Counted from the first letter of the stretch, positions 1-10,498 are shown. The stretch is 64,000 bases of DNA from Bacteroidota bacterium (GCA_021780815.1 JAJXYC010000020.1:5046-69045); one strand, 5' to 3'. Made by a program: numbers and translations. Notes: generated by a model from the letters alone, not told the origin.

Positions 1-83
1 TATGAAGCGGCAGTAGCGACTTCAAAAGCTGTTCTTTTTAAATTTCCATTAAAAGAATCTAAATAAGCAATAATTTTTTTCAT
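1..83 (-). CDS. etfA: Electron transfer flavoprotein alpha subunit, N-terminal fragment (runs off the window start)
   Basis: My own reverse-strand translation from the ATG at 83-81 gives MKKIIAYLDSFNGNLKRTAFEVATAAS and stays open to position 1. A GGAG-type RBS sits in the 9-nt gap after etfB. Position and N-terminal pattern fit EtfA. Confidence 0.5.
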   Translation of the reverse strand, partial: MKKIIAYLDSFNGNLKRTAFEVATAAS

Positions 84-92
84 ATTCTTCTC

Positions 93-839
93 CTAAAATA
101 TTTTAGCATCTTCGTGTAACATACGTACAATTTCTTTAATATCTTCATCAGTATCACCTACAATCTTGTTAAGTCTTGAACGACTTGGTAATTCCATCCC
201 AATTATTTCAATATTGTTCTCATAATTAGGTGCATCAATTTCTTCTATTGGCTTTTTCTTTGCTTTCATTATGTCAGGAAGTTTAGGATAACGTGGTTCG
301 TTCAACCCTTTTTGTGCAGAAATAATACAAGGCATCTGTAAAGATAGAACTTCTTTTCCCCCTTCAATTTCCCTTTCTGCTTTTACCATATTACCTTCAT
401 AATTAAGTTTTGTAACTATAGTTGCCAATGGTAAATCAAGTATATCAGAAAGTATAGATGGTACTTGCAAAGAATCAAAATCTATACTTTGCTTACCCAT
501 AAAAATTATATCAGGCTTCATCTTGGAAGCATATTCTGCTATTTGTGAAGCAACAAAAAATGAATCAAAATTTTGTTCTGATTTTATATGTACAGCTTCG
601 TCTGCTCCGACTGCTAAAGCATTTCGCAAGATATCTTGTGCTGTTGCAGGTCCAACAGTAATTGCAATAACTTTGCCTCCGTTTTTTTCTTTTAAACGAA
701 TTGCTTCTTCTAAAGCATACTCGTCGTATGGATTTAATATAAATTTCACATTATTTGTATCAATAAATTTCCCGTCTGAACCAACTAATATCTTTGTTGT
801 CGTATCAGGGACACGTGATACTGCTACCAAAATATTCAT
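93..839 (-). CDS. etfB: Electron transfer flavoprotein beta subunit
   Basis: 248 aa. The N-terminus MNILVAVSRVPDTTTKI...NPYDEYALEEAIRLKE and VGADEAVHI are typical of EtfB. Confidence 0.9.
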   Translation of the reverse strand: MNILVAVSRVPDTTTKILVGSDGKFIDTNNVKFILNPYDEYALEEAIRLKEKNGGKVIAITVGPATAQDILRNALAVGADEAVHIKSEQNFDSFFVASQIAEYASKMKPDIIFMGKQSIDFDSLQVPSILSDILDLPLATIVTKLNYEGNMVKAEREIEGGKEVLSLQMPCIISAQKGLNEPRYPKLPDIMKAKKKPIEEIDAPNYENNIEIIGMELPSRSRLNKIVGDTDEDIKEIVRMLHEDAKIF

Positions 840-949
840 ATTACCTCAATTATTATTATAATGATTAAAAATAAATTAAAATTGCCATTTTAAGTTTTTC
901 AAAAATAAGAAGAAAAAATAAAATATAGAATATTAATTTAAAGAGACAA

Positions 950-1360
950 TTAGCTTTGTCCTTTAACAATAAAAGTTAAAGCATCAGTAAATTCAACCGT
1001 TTGTTGAATTGCACAAGGAGGAATTCCTGTAACTTTCTTTTCAATAGGTGAAGATAATTTAAGCGGCTTTAAATCTTGAATAAGTTCCATTTTGAAAATA
1101 CCTTCACTAACTTTATAATTCTTTGAGCAAACGACAGCGTTCCAAACAAGGAATCCACGATTAATTTCATTCGGTTCAATTGAAATATCTTTTTCAATTT
1201 TGGTGTTTTCTGGAATCGCTAATTTCCAACTTTTTATTAAGCTTTCATCAGGACGAAACATCTTAATTTCAATACCAGCGATTAAATCACTTGTTAAATT
1301 AATTTTTATTTTTAAATATGGATTTTCTTTATCTAAAAGGCAAATTCTATCTATTTTCAT
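950..1360 (-). CDS. Hypothetical protein
   Basis: 136-aa ORF in an otherwise empty interval. No motif recognised. Confidence 0.4.
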   Translation of the reverse strand: MKIDRICLLDKENPYLKIKINLTSDLIAGIEIKMFRPDESLIKSWKLAIPENTKIEKDISIEPNEINRGFLVWNAVVCSKNYKVSEGIFKMELIQDLKPLKLSSPIEKKVTGIPPCAIQQTVEFTDALTFIVKGQS

Positions 1361-1549
1361 ATTTCATTTTTTTTAAAATCAAATTAATAAAAAAAAATAA
1401 TTATCTTTTAATTTTTATATAATTTTTTTGTTGAAACTTTAAAAATGGACTTAAAATGTGCCGAAAGTATAAAATAGTCTATTTTAGGCAAATATTTTAA
1501 TAATTAATTAAACGAATTCTTTAATTTTGTATAAAAATAAATTGCAATT

Positions 1550-2539
1550 ATGAGTATAAGTTATAAAGATTCAGGCGTAGATATTAGTGCAGGCGAATTA
1601 ACAATTGAAAAAATAAAGCCTATGGTTAAAAGAACACATACTTCACGAGTTCTTTCTGATATAGGTTTATTCGGGGGTTTTTTTGATGCACAATTTTCGG
1701 AATATAAGCATCCAGTTTTAGTTGCAAGTACCGATGGAGTTGGTACCAAACTAAAAATTGCATTTCAATCTGGGAAACATAATACAGTAGGGCATTGCCT
1801 TGTAAATCATTGTGTAAACGATATTTTGACATCTGGGGCACGTCCATTGTTTTTTCTTGATTATTTTGCAACAGGTAAACTTGAACCTAATGTAGCGGCA
1901 AGTGTTATTGAAGGTTTTACGGAAGGTTGTTTGGAAAATGGTTGTTCGCTGATTGGAGGTGAAACTGCCGAAATGCCTTCTATGTATAATGAAGGTGAAT
2001 ACGATGTATCAGGTACTATCGTTGGTATTGTTGAAAAAAATAAAATTATAGATGGTAAGAAAATTTCATCTGGTAATATTTTAATTGGATTGCCTTCAAA
2101 TGGGTTACATACTAATGGTTATAGCCTTGCTCGCAAAGTTCTACTTGAAAAATATCAAATAAATGAATTTATACCTGAAATCAATTCGACATTATCGGAT
2201 TCTCTTTTAAGAATACATCGCTCTTATTTGAAAGTTATTGAGCCTTTACTTAATACGGATTTATTGCTTGGTATTTCTCATATAACAGGTGGTGGAATTA
2301 TTGGAAATACAAAAAGGATTATTCCTAAAAATCTAACTTTGCATATTAATTGGGAAAATTGGGATATACCACAAATTTTTAAATTAATTCAAGATTTAGG
2401 TGGGATTGCTGATGAAGAAATGCGAGAAGTTTTTAATTTGGGGATTGGATTAATTCTTGTAATACAACCACAAGATTACGATGCAGTTGTTTCACTTTTA
2501 CCAAAAGGCGAACCAATTGTAATTGGAGAAGTTAAGTAA
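1550..2539 (+). CDS. purM: Phosphoribosylformylglycinamidine cyclo-ligase (AIR synthetase)
   Basis: 329 aa. Contains SYKDSGVDISAGE, STDGVGTKL and CVNDIL..GARPLFFLDYFA, the PurM signature regions. Confidence 0.9.
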   Translation: MSISYKDSGVDISAGELTIEKIKPMVKRTHTSRVLSDIGLFGGFFDAQFSEYKHPVLVASTDGVGTKLKIAFQSGKHNTVGHCLVNHCVNDILTSGARPLFFLDYFATGKLEPNVAASVIEGFTEGCLENGCSLIGGETAEMPSMYNEGEYDVSGTIVGIVEKNKIIDGKKISSGNILIGLPSNGLHTNGYSLARKVLLEKYQINEFIPEINSTLSDSLLRIHRSYLKVIEPLLNTDLLLGISHITGGGIIGNTKRIIPKNLTLHINWENWDIPQIFKLIQDLGGIADEEMREVFNLGIGLILVIQPQDYDAVVSLLPKGEPIVIGEVK

Positions 2540-2879
2540 TTTTAGTAAAACAAATATTCTTGCTTGTTAATCAGCAAAGTAATTGTAAAAAATTTCAAAA
2601 GGGTTTAAAATCTTGCGAAGTTTTTTGCAATATACAATATATATATTAACGATTTATGAGAATTTCTCAATTTCTGATTCATATCCACCAATATTTATTT
2701 CCAGATGAGCGTCGTCCTGTTATATAATGTGTCATTCTGGGGGAACGATAGCGACCAAAGAATTTACCAGACAGAACAGAGTTACATTCCTACTTTTTTC
2801 GAGATATTTCAAAATCATCTATATAAAAGAACGTCTATTTTAAATTATAGTAGAACATTTAAAACATATATAGAATTTT

Positions 2880-4943
2880 ATGTCAAAAAAAATTATCCTA
2901 AGTGCATTAATTATGTTAATGCTTACAAGTTTTAATTTAATGTCAGAAGAGGGGATGTGGACATTTGATAATGTTCCAACCAAAGCAATCAAGGAAAAGT
3001 ATGACTTTGAACCAACCAAAGAGTGGTTAGACCATGTCCGTTTATCAAGTGTTAGATTTATGGATGGGGGTTCAGGTTCATTTGTGTCTTCAAATGGTTT
3101 AGTAATAACAAATCACCATGTTGGAGTAGGTCAAATACAAAAGATATCAAATGCACAACACGATTACGTTAAAGAAGGCTTTTTTGCTAAAAATCAAAGC
3201 GAAGAAATAAGATGTGCAGACTTAGAAGTTAATGTATTGGTTCAGATGGAAGATGTAACAAAATCTGTGAAAGAAGCAGTAAAAAGTGGAATGGACCAAA
3301 AAGAAGTATTAGAAGCAAAAAACAAATTTATAGATAAAATAGAAAAAGAAAACTTTGATAAAACAGGCTTACGCTCTGATGTTGTATCATTTTATAATGG
3401 TGGTGAATATTGGCTTTTAGGGTATAAAAAATATACTGATATTCGGCTTGTTTTTGCTCCTGAAAGACAAATGGCATATTTTGGTGGAGATTATGATAAT
3501 TTTACGTATCCACGTTATGATTTAGATTTTTGCTTGTTCCGAATATACGAAAATGGGAAACCATTAAAAACAGATAATTACTTAAAATGGAACAAAGACG
3601 GTGTAAAAGATGGCGAATTAGTTTTTATTAGCGGTAACCCTGGACATACAGATAGATTAAAAACTTTATCTCAATTAGAATTTTCACGAGATGTAACAAT
3701 TCCTTTAAGATTGGAATCAATTCAAAATATGCTCGATGCACTTTCTAGATATGCAAACAGAGGAACAGAAGAAGCAAGACGTGCTTTAATATACCAATTT
3801 GGATTAGGAAACAGCCTAAAAGCCCTTACAGGACAATTAAAAGGATTGAAAGACCCTGATTTACTTGCAATCAAAGCCAAAGAAGAAGATGACTTTATTC
3901 GAAGAATTAAATCCAATCCTGAATGGACGACAAAGTATTTATCTGCATTTGACCAAATAAAGAAATTAAATGAAGATTTTAAGAATTACTTTTATACACA
4001 AAATTATCGGAACTTTGGCTCTTCTCTCTTTGGTTATGCTTTAAGTATAGTTCGTTTTGTTGAAGAAAGTAGCAAAAAGGCCGACGATAGATTACCAGGC
4101 TATAATGATGCTTCACTTCCAGGTATGAAGTTTCATTTACTTTCTCCTGCTCCTATTTATAAGGATTTAGATAAGGAATTAGCATGGATTAATATAAAAA
4201 TGGGGGTTGCAAAAATCGGAATTGATGATGAATATTGGAGGCAAGTGTTTGGAGGAATGGACCCAAAAGAAACTTTGGATAAATTAATTAATGGAACAAA
4301 ACTTGATGATGTTAATTTCCGTAAATCTTTAATTGAAGGAGGGACGGCAGCATTAGAACAATCAGATGACCCAATGATTAAATTAGCACTCAAACTTGAC
4401 CCATATCTTCGTCAAAAAGATAAATTTTATAGAGACAATTATGAAAGTGTTTTAAATGATGCGCAAGAAAAAATTGCCGAGGCTCGATTTATTATCTATG
4501 GAAGGAATACATACCCTGATGCTAATTTTACACTTCGTTTGACTTATGGACAAGTAAAAGGATATCCAATGAATGGCACAATTGCACCTCCTTTTACTAC
4601 TTTATATGGGCTTTATGATAGATGTTTAGATTTTGGTGATAAAGGTAGCTTTGAACTTCCTCAACAATGGTGGGATAAACAAAATAAATTAGATCTTTCT
4701 ACGCAAGTTAATTTTGTTTCAACTTGTGATATAATAGGGGGCAATTCGGGTTCACCTACTATTAATTCAAAAGGTGAGTTTGTTGGTATTGTGTTCGATG
4801 GTAATATTGAAAGTTTGCCAGGTGATTTTATTTATGATGGAAAAGCAAATCGTGCTGTTAGTGTTAGCTCAAAATATATTATCGAAGCACTTACCAAAAT
4901 TTATAATGCAAAATACCTTGTTGATGAATTGTTGGGTAAATAG
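2880..4943 (+). CDS. S46 family dipeptidyl-peptidase (DPP7/DPP11-like), secreted
   Basis: 687 aa with a signal peptide. Contains EGMWTFDNVP, ITNHHVG and the catalytic-Ser region DIIGGNSGSP. Length is typical of S46 peptidases. Confidence 0.85.
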   Translation: MSKKIILSALIMLMLTSFNLMSEEGMWTFDNVPTKAIKEKYDFEPTKEWLDHVRLSSVRFMDGGSGSFVSSNGLVITNHHVGVGQIQKISNAQHDYVKEGFFAKNQSEEIRCADLEVNVLVQMEDVTKSVKEAVKSGMDQKEVLEAKNKFIDKIEKENFDKTGLRSDVVSFYNGGEYWLLGYKKYTDIRLVFAPERQMAYFGGDYDNFTYPRYDLDFCLFRIYENGKPLKTDNYLKWNKDGVKDGELVFISGNPGHTDRLKTLSQLEFSRDVTIPLRLESIQNMLDALSRYANRGTEEARRALIYQFGLGNSLKALTGQLKGLKDPDLLAIKAKEEDDFIRRIKSNPEWTTKYLSAFDQIKKLNEDFKNYFYTQNYRNFGSSLFGYALSIVRFVEESSKKADDRLPGYNDASLPGMKFHLLSPAPIYKDLDKELAWINIKMGVAKIGIDDEYWRQVFGGMDPKETLDKLINGTKLDDVNFRKSLIEGGTAALEQSDDPMIKLALKLDPYLRQKDKFYRDNYESVLNDAQEKIAEARFIIYGRNTYPDANFTLRLTYGQVKGYPMNGTIAPPFTTLYGLYDRCLDFGDKGSFELPQQWWDKQNKLDLSTQVNFVSTCDIIGGNSGSPTINSKGEFVGIVFDGNIESLPGDFIYDGKANRAVSVSSKYIIEALTKIYNAKYLVDELLGK

Positions 4944-5004
4944 CAATCAATAAGAATATTTAGTTTGAAAACATATATTTTATTATTCCACAAAAATAAG
5001 AATC

Positions 5005-5054
5005 AAAGACCTCTCTACTTTATTTTCACAGTACTCAAGGGAGGTCTTTTTATT
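5005..5054 (+). terminator. Putative rho-independent terminator after the S46 peptidase gene
   Basis: aaagacctctc (5005-5015) pairs with gggaggtcttt (5039-5049), including one G-T wobble, and is followed by a T-run. The 23-nt loop is large. Confidence 0.45.
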
Positions 5055-5245
5055 TATATATCTAAACATACTTTAAGAATTTATTTTTCTTTTGTCTTTC
5101 TACTTTTTTAATTATCATTTTGAACAAAGTAAAGAATCTAAACGTCTCTAAATTCATTCACCTAATAACTTCGGAGGCAATTGATGAATTCAGAAACACA
5201 ACGGGGAAATTTAAAAAAATTTATATCTAATAAAAAAAACTATAA

Positions 5246-5962
5246 TTAAATAAAAATCACATCTTCGATATTGGCTCTAAATCCTTTTATTATTGCATAA
5301 GTCATTTTATCCATTTTGCAATTTTTGAAGAAAGTTTTATTTAATTCGGCTTTAAAAGAAACATTAATCAAAGTACAGTTTATAAAATTAGTATTTGTTA
5401 AACCTGAATATTTAAAATTTGCTCCGATTATGAGCATATCTTTAAATGTTATATTGCCAAGTTCCGAGTAATAAAAAACTGTATTTTCTATTTTGCTCCC
5501 CTCAAAGGTAGAACCTTTCAGGTTTGATTTATGAAAATTTGCTTCTGATAAATTGCTATTATCAAAGTTACATTTTTCCAAATTACTGCATTTAAAAGAG
5601 CTTCTTGTTAAATTTGATTCACTAAAATCTGATTTTACCAAGTTTGAATAATCAAATTTTCCTTGAATTGCTTCAATTTTTTTAAAATCCGATTCTTTTA
5701 AATTCAAATAAGTTAAATCCATACCGATTTTCATTTGTAAATCTCTTGATTTTGAAGTGATTTCTTCAATTAATTCATTAATATCGCCAATGGATTTGAC
5801 TGCCAAATTAAATGCTTTTTCTTCGTCAAATCCGTTCTTTCTTAATTCTTCAAGTTTTTCCGATAAGTCTGTGTAAAGTTCTTCTTTAATTTCTTTAACT
5901 TGCTGGTTCTCGGAATAAGGTCCAAAAATTGAATCCAAATAATCTTTCAGTTTGTTTTCCAT
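5246..5962 (-). CDS. Pentapeptide-repeat protein with a PadR-associated helical N-terminal domain (DUF1700/HAAS-like)
   Basis: 238 aa. The N-terminus LKDYLDSIFGPY...VKEIKEELYTDLSEKLEE resembles the helical domains encoded next to PadR genes. The C-terminal half is A(D/N)LXX-type repeats (SNLTRSSFKCSNLEKCNFDNSNLSEANFHKSNLKGSTFEGS). No TM helix seen. Confidence 0.7.
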   Translation of the reverse strand: MENKLKDYLDSIFGPYSENQQVKEIKEELYTDLSEKLEELRKNGFDEEKAFNLAVKSIGDINELIEEITSKSRDLQMKIGMDLTYLNLKESDFKKIEAIQGKFDYSNLVKSDFSESNLTRSSFKCSNLEKCNFDNSNLSEANFHKSNLKGSTFEGSKIENTVFYYSELGNITFKDMLIIGANFKYSGLTNTNFINCTLINVSFKAELNKTFFKNCKMDKMTYAIIKGFRANIEDVIFI

Positions 5963-5996
5963 AATTTACTCCATTTAATTTTAATAAATCTAAAAT

Positions 5997-6326
5997 CTAA
6001 AAAATTAATAAATCTAAAATCTTTTTTGTAAAAAACCAATTTTGTTTATTTTCTTCCAACATTTTTTTTCCAAAATTTGTAATTTGATAATATTTTCTGC
6101 GACCTCCCTGAGTTTTGTCTCCCCAATAAGATTTAACTGCTTCCTCAGTTTCCAGTCTTTTCAAACTTGAGTATAGAGTTGCTTCCTTCAAATCATATTC
6201 TCCGTTTGTTTTGGAAGAAATTATTTTTAAAATTTCATATCCGTATTTATCGTTGTTCTTAAGTAAATTAAGCACAATGGTATCTATATGCCCACGAATA
6301 ATATCAGAATTAACAGATAAATTCAT
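5997..6326 (-). CDS. PadR family transcriptional regulator
   Basis: 109 aa. Contains HIDTIVLNLLKNNDKYGYEILK, LYSSLKRLETEEAV and GGRRKYYQITNFG, the PadR winged-HTH pattern. Confidence 0.85.
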   Translation of the reverse strand: MNLSVNSDIIRGHIDTIVLNLLKNNDKYGYEILKIISSKTNGEYDLKEATLYSSLKRLETEEAVKSYWGDKTQGGRRKYYQITNFGKKMLEENKQNWFFTKKILDLLIF

Positions 6327-6413
6327 AAAGTTTCCAATTTTAATTTTAAATGCAATACAAAATTACAAAAAGTATTATGTTTGACAAAATACCTTTGCAA
6401 ACAAATTAATATA

Positions 6414-6440
6414 TTTTACAAAAATACCACTTTTGTAAAA
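6414..6440. promoter_or_regulatory. Perfect 10-bp inverted repeat (ttttacaaaa-N7-ttttgtaaaa), candidate PadR operator
   Basis: Read directly from the sequence. It lies ~90-115 bp upstream of the padR start. A related half-palindromic copy (tttgacaaaatacctttgcaaa) is at 6380-6401. Confidence 0.3.
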
Positions 6441-6600
6441 ATTATGTTTTTTTTTGTTTAGATACTAATAAAACGGGTAAAAATGCCCAAAAATATTATT
6501 TTTGATATTCACATTAATTTTGCTCAGTAGTAGATATCAAGCAAAATCGGCGGGTCAATATATTTTATGGACAAGAAATGTTTTTTTACGATGCCAAGAA

Positions 6601-7842
6601 TTAACTTGATAACGGTAATTCAATAACAAAAGTAGTACCTTTTCCTGGTGCGGTATCTTTTATATAAATTTTTCCATTGTGATAATCTTCAACAATTTTT
6701 TTAGTCAAACTTAATCCCAGCCCCCAGCCACGTTTCTTTGTAGAAAATCCAGGAGTAAAAACGTGCCTTTTGACTTTATTTGTCATACCTTTTCCTGTAT
6801 CTCTAACATAAATTTTTATATTAGATCCTTTAATCTTAATTGTTAAATAAATCGTGCCTTGTTTTTCTTCAATTGCTTCGGCGGCATTTTTAAACAAATT
6901 TTCAAATACCCAACTAAATAAATCGACATTTAAATCGCAATAATAATCTTGATTAATTTCCCGAATAATTTGAATTTTTCTACCTAAATGAGGTAATCTT
7001 CTTTCAAAATATTTACTAATTTCTTCAATTAAATCTCTTATATTGGTTTTAGTTAAGTCCGCAGCAGAACCAATTTTGGAAAATCGGGTTGCTACAATAT
7101 TTAATCTCGTAACATCGTTAGCCATTTCGTTGACGATTTCGTTAATTCCCAAATCATCAGATTTCAATCGCAGAAGTTCAATCCAAGCAAGCAAACTCGA
7201 AAGAGGTGTACCAAGTTGGTGAGCTGCTTCTTTTGCCATCCCTACCCAAACTTTTGATTCTTCGTTTCTTCTGCTTGCATTAAATGCCGCATATCCTATT
7301 GTTAGAACAGTTAAAAAAATTATAAATGCAAAATATGGCAATGCTCGGAATTTATCTACCAAATCTGAATGGTAAAAATAATATTTTTGTAAAATTTTGT
7401 TAGTACTATCTACTAAAACAATTGGTTGATAAGTAGATTTCATTTTTTGAATTAATTGATATGCTCTTTGCCTCTTTTGAGCATAAGTCAAAGTTGTGTC
7501 AAATTTTACATTTAACGAATAAAGTTCAAATGGTTCTAATGGCACATCATTGCTATCAGTAATAATAATAGGAAAGTTTATTTGTGGAATTATTTGTTCT
7601 TGGAAAAAGTTTAAATCTTCAAAATTTGTGTTTGGGTCTGAATAATGTTCATAAATATCTGCATAAAATTTCAACAAAGCTTTTTCTCTTTTTATAATTT
7701 CATTAACTAACGAATTTGTATAAATAATTGAAGTCAATATTAAAAGCAACATAATAATAAATAATATAGCTTTAATATACCATTTTGAAAATGGTGAGAT
7801 GCTGAATTTTGTATATCTTTTTATATTATGAAATTGCAACAT
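6601..7842 (-). CDS. Sensor histidine kinase with two TM helices (no adjacent response regulator)
   Basis: 413 aa. H-box AAHQLGTPLSSLLAWIELL. HATPase_c motifs NLFKNAAEA, DTGKGM and GWGLGLSL. Confidence 0.8.
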   Translation of the reverse strand: MLQFHNIKRYTKFSISPFSKWYIKAILFIIMLLLILTSIIYTNSLVNEIIKREKALLKFYADIYEHYSDPNTNFEDLNFFQEQIIPQINFPIIITDSNDVPLEPFELYSLNVKFDTTLTYAQKRQRAYQLIQKMKSTYQPIVLVDSTNKILQKYYFYHSDLVDKFRALPYFAFIIFLTVLTIGYAAFNASRRNEESKVWVGMAKEAAHQLGTPLSSLLAWIELLRLKSDDLGINEIVNEMANDVTRLNIVATRFSKIGSAADLTKTNIRDLIEEISKYFERRLPHLGRKIQIIREINQDYYCDLNVDLFSWVFENLFKNAAEAIEEKQGTIYLTIKIKGSNIKIYVRDTGKGMTNKVKRHVFTPGFSTKKRGWGLGLSLTKKIVEDYHNGKIYIKDTAPGKGTTFVIELPLSS

Positions 7843-7851
7843 TGTATTTTT

Positions 7852-8784
7852 TTAGTTTTTGTTGTTCTTTTTTAAAATAAGAGAAAAAATTATAGACAAA
7901 ATTAAAATACTTAAAATAACAAGTAATGAATATTCAGTTGAAATTATGTAGTAATCAGAAATAAGCATTTTAACTCCCACATAAGCTAGAATAATAGCAA
8001 CACCGTATTTGAGATAAGTAAATAAATCAACAATACCAGCAAGGGCAAAATACAAAGCCCTCAATCCAAGAATTGCAAAAATATTCGAAGTAATGGCAAC
8101 AAATGGGTCGCTGGAAATTGCAAGTACAGCAGGAATAGAATCAATTGCAAACATTAAATCAGAAGATTCAATTAACACCAAAGTTAACAACAGGGGAGTA
8201 ATAAACATTTTTTTATTTTGTTTTACAAAAATATGACCACTTTTATCAGCAGGCAATAAATTAAAATGTTTTTCTAAAAATTTGATTATTTTATTATTTT
8301 CAACATCAACCTTATCCTCTCCACCGAACGCCATTTTATAAGAAGCATAAAAAAGTAAAAGCCCAAAAATATAAATTATTGGATGGAAATAATGCAAAAG
8401 AGCAACACCGGCAAGAATAAAAATAATTCGCAAAACTATCGCTGAAAGAATTCCCCATTTTAATACATGTGGTTGGTGAGTATCTTTTACCCCCATTACT
8501 TCAAAAATCATTAGAAAGACAAATAAATTATCTACCGAAAGTGATTTTTCAACTACATAAGCGGCAAAAAATTGTATTGCTTTTATATGACCATTTTCTA
8601 AATAAAAATAAAGCAATAAATTGAAAAGAAGCGAAATTGAAATCCATACTGCCGACCACATTAAGCTTGTTTTTACTCCCAGTTTCCCCTTTCTATGGTC
8701 AGTTGCATATAAATCGATATACAGCATTATTCCGATTACAACACTAAATATTCCCCAAAATATAATATGATTAAAATCGAACAT
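7852..8784 (-). CDS. TerC family integral membrane protein
   Basis: 310 aa, polytopic. Contains the SLSVDNLFVFLMIF and DSIPAVLAIS motifs typical of TerC/Alx. Confidence 0.8.
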   Translation of the reverse strand: MFDFNHIIFWGIFSVVIGIMLYIDLYATDHRKGKLGVKTSLMWSAVWISISLLFNLLLYFYLENGHIKAIQFFAAYVVEKSLSVDNLFVFLMIFEVMGVKDTHQPHVLKWGILSAIVLRIIFILAGVALLHYFHPIIYIFGLLLFYASYKMAFGGEDKVDVENNKIIKFLEKHFNLLPADKSGHIFVKQNKKMFITPLLLTLVLIESSDLMFAIDSIPAVLAISSDPFVAITSNIFAILGLRALYFALAGIVDLFTYLKYGVAIILAYVGVKMLISDYYIISTEYSLLVILSILILSIIFSLILKKNNKN

Positions 8785-8867
8785 AAAAATTATTTTTATT
8801 TAAAAGAAAATACAAACGTTTATATTAGAAAATAATTAAATTATAAAATATAAATATAAGGTTTTTT

Positions 8868-9812
8868 CTAAATTCTACGTCTAAAACCGTGCCCCACTAC
8901 TTCATGAACCATAGTTATGACAACAAAAGCTTGCGGGTCAATAGATTTTACTAAATCGGTTAGTTTGCCAAGTTCTTTTAATGTTATAACAGTGTAAATA
9001 ACTTCCGTTTCAATGTTTCGGTAAAGTCCTCTACTTTTAAGAGCAGTAACTCCACGATTCATTTTTTCCATAATAACTTTACCAATTTCATCTTTCTTAT
9101 CAGAAAAAATTAGTGCAGAACGTGCATAATCAAATCCATCAAGTACTGTATCAACAATTTTGCTCGATACAAATACAAGGAAAAGAGCATATAAAACAAG
9201 CACTAAAACGGGTTTGTCATTTGCCAAATGTTTCATTTCCAATATAATACCTGCTATAAAAATAACAAGGAAATCAATCATAATAATGGCGTTCCCTGTT
9301 TTTAGTCCCCACTTTTTATGCATAATTGCCGCAATAATATCCGAACCACCAGTTGTTGCTCTGAATTTAAAAATAAGCCCTAATCCTACACCCAAAAGAA
9401 CAGTTCCAATCAAAACAAAAAAGAAAAAATCATTATTGAACAAATACTTTATAGAAGAGATGTCTTGTAGCCTTATAAATGAGAGACCAGGAAAATCACC
9501 TCTTACCATATCTGTAAAAAAAGAAGAAACGGTAAACCCATAAAAAGTTCTAATACCAAATTCTTTGCCTAATTCCTTAATTCCATAAATGAATAAAGGA
9601 ATATTTAATATCCAAGTAATCATACCTACGCCAATTTTATTATTTGTTAAATAATGTATTGCCATAGCTAAACCACTTGCTCCACCTGGTACAACTTTTG
9701 CATCAATTAAAAAGACTCCAATACCAAGAGCCATTAAAAGACAACCAATTGTAATAACGGTATAGTCAATGATTATAATTAAATTATTTTTGTTGTAAAG
9801 GTTATTTATCAT
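8868..9812 (-). CDS. YitT family membrane protein (DUF2179 C-terminal domain)
   Basis: 314 aa. Contains VPGGASGLAMAIHY and TTGGSDIIA, with a soluble C-terminal domain. Confidence 0.7.
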   Translation of the reverse strand: MINNLYNKNNLIIIIDYTVITIGCLLMALGIGVFLIDAKVVPGGASGLAMAIHYLTNNKIGVGMITWILNIPLFIYGIKELGKEFGIRTFYGFTVSSFFTDMVRGDFPGLSFIRLQDISSIKYLFNNDFFFFVLIGTVLLGVGLGLIFKFRATTGGSDIIAAIMHKKWGLKTGNAIIMIDFLVIFIAGIILEMKHLANDKPVLVLVLYALFLVFVSSKIVDTVLDGFDYARSALIFSDKKDEIGKVIMEKMNRGVTALKSRGLYRNIETEVIYTVITLKELGKLTDLVKSIDPQAFVVITMVHEVVGHGFRRRI

Positions 9813-10498
9813 AAATTTTCATCAAATTCTTGTAAAATTTTAATCCCAGAGCTTGTCCCAAGTCTATTTGCACCTGCTCGAATTAAATCTAATGCAAATT
9901 TTAAATCACGAATGCCTCCTGAAGCTTTAATATTAGTATTTGTATTTTTGCAAATTTCCATCATTAATTCAATATCTTCAAGATTTGCTCCCGTTGAAAT
10001 TATTCCAGTTGAAGTTTTTACAAAGTCTGCTTTACAATCTACTACTATACTTGTTGCTAATTTTTTCTCTTCATTGGTTAAAAGACCTGTTTCAATAATA
10101 AATTTAGTTGTTGCTTGTAAATTTTTTGATGTTTTATTAAGGAAATTAATTTCTTCCTTGTAACTTTTTATATCTTTATTTTTTAAATAAGCATTATTTA
10201 CAACAATATCAACTTCGTTAGCACCACTTTCAATGGCTTTCTCAATTTCATAAAGTTTAACTGGCAATAAGTTTGCTCCCAACGGAAATCCAATAACAGT
10301 ACATACTTTAACGTTGCTTTTATTAAGCAAACTGCTTGCAAAATTCACATAATTAGGCAATATACACACAGAGGCAAAATTGTAAGTTATTGCCTCATTG
10401 CAAAGTTGCTCAATTTGTTCAATTTTTGTATCAGGTTTAAGCAAAGTATGGTCAATTTTTTTTGCAAATTCATTTTTTTTAATTGTAATATTATTCAT
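9809..10498 (-). CDS. deoC: Deoxyribose-phosphate aldolase
   Basis: 229 aa. Contains IDHTLLKPDT, VCTVIGFPLG and the Schiff-base Lys region FVKTSTG. The start overlaps the downstream gene by 4 nt. Confidence 0.85.
   Translation of the reverse strand: MNNITIKKNEFAKKIDHTLLKPDTKIEQIEQLCNEAITYNFASVCILPNYVNFASSLLNKSNVKVCTVIGFPLGANLLPVKLYEIEKAIESGANEVDIVVNNAYLKNKDIKSYKEEINFLNKTSKNLQATTKFIIETGLLTNEEKKLATSIVVDCKADFVKTSTGIISTGANLEDIELMMEICKNTNTNIKASGGIRDLKFALDLIRAGANRLGTSSGIKILQEFDENL

Noticed and set aside
2700-2800. Locally GC-richer patch (ccagatgagcgtcgtcctg...gggggaacgatagcgaccaaag...) in the 340-nt gap between purM and the S46 peptidase gene. It is partly covered by the track ORF 2705-2935. It could be a small RNA or a leader.
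   Set aside because: I could not fold it into a convincing structure or match it to any RNA family from memory. The ORF overlaps the peptidase start and has no motif. It is left unannotated. A covariance-model scan (Rfam/Infernal) would settle it.
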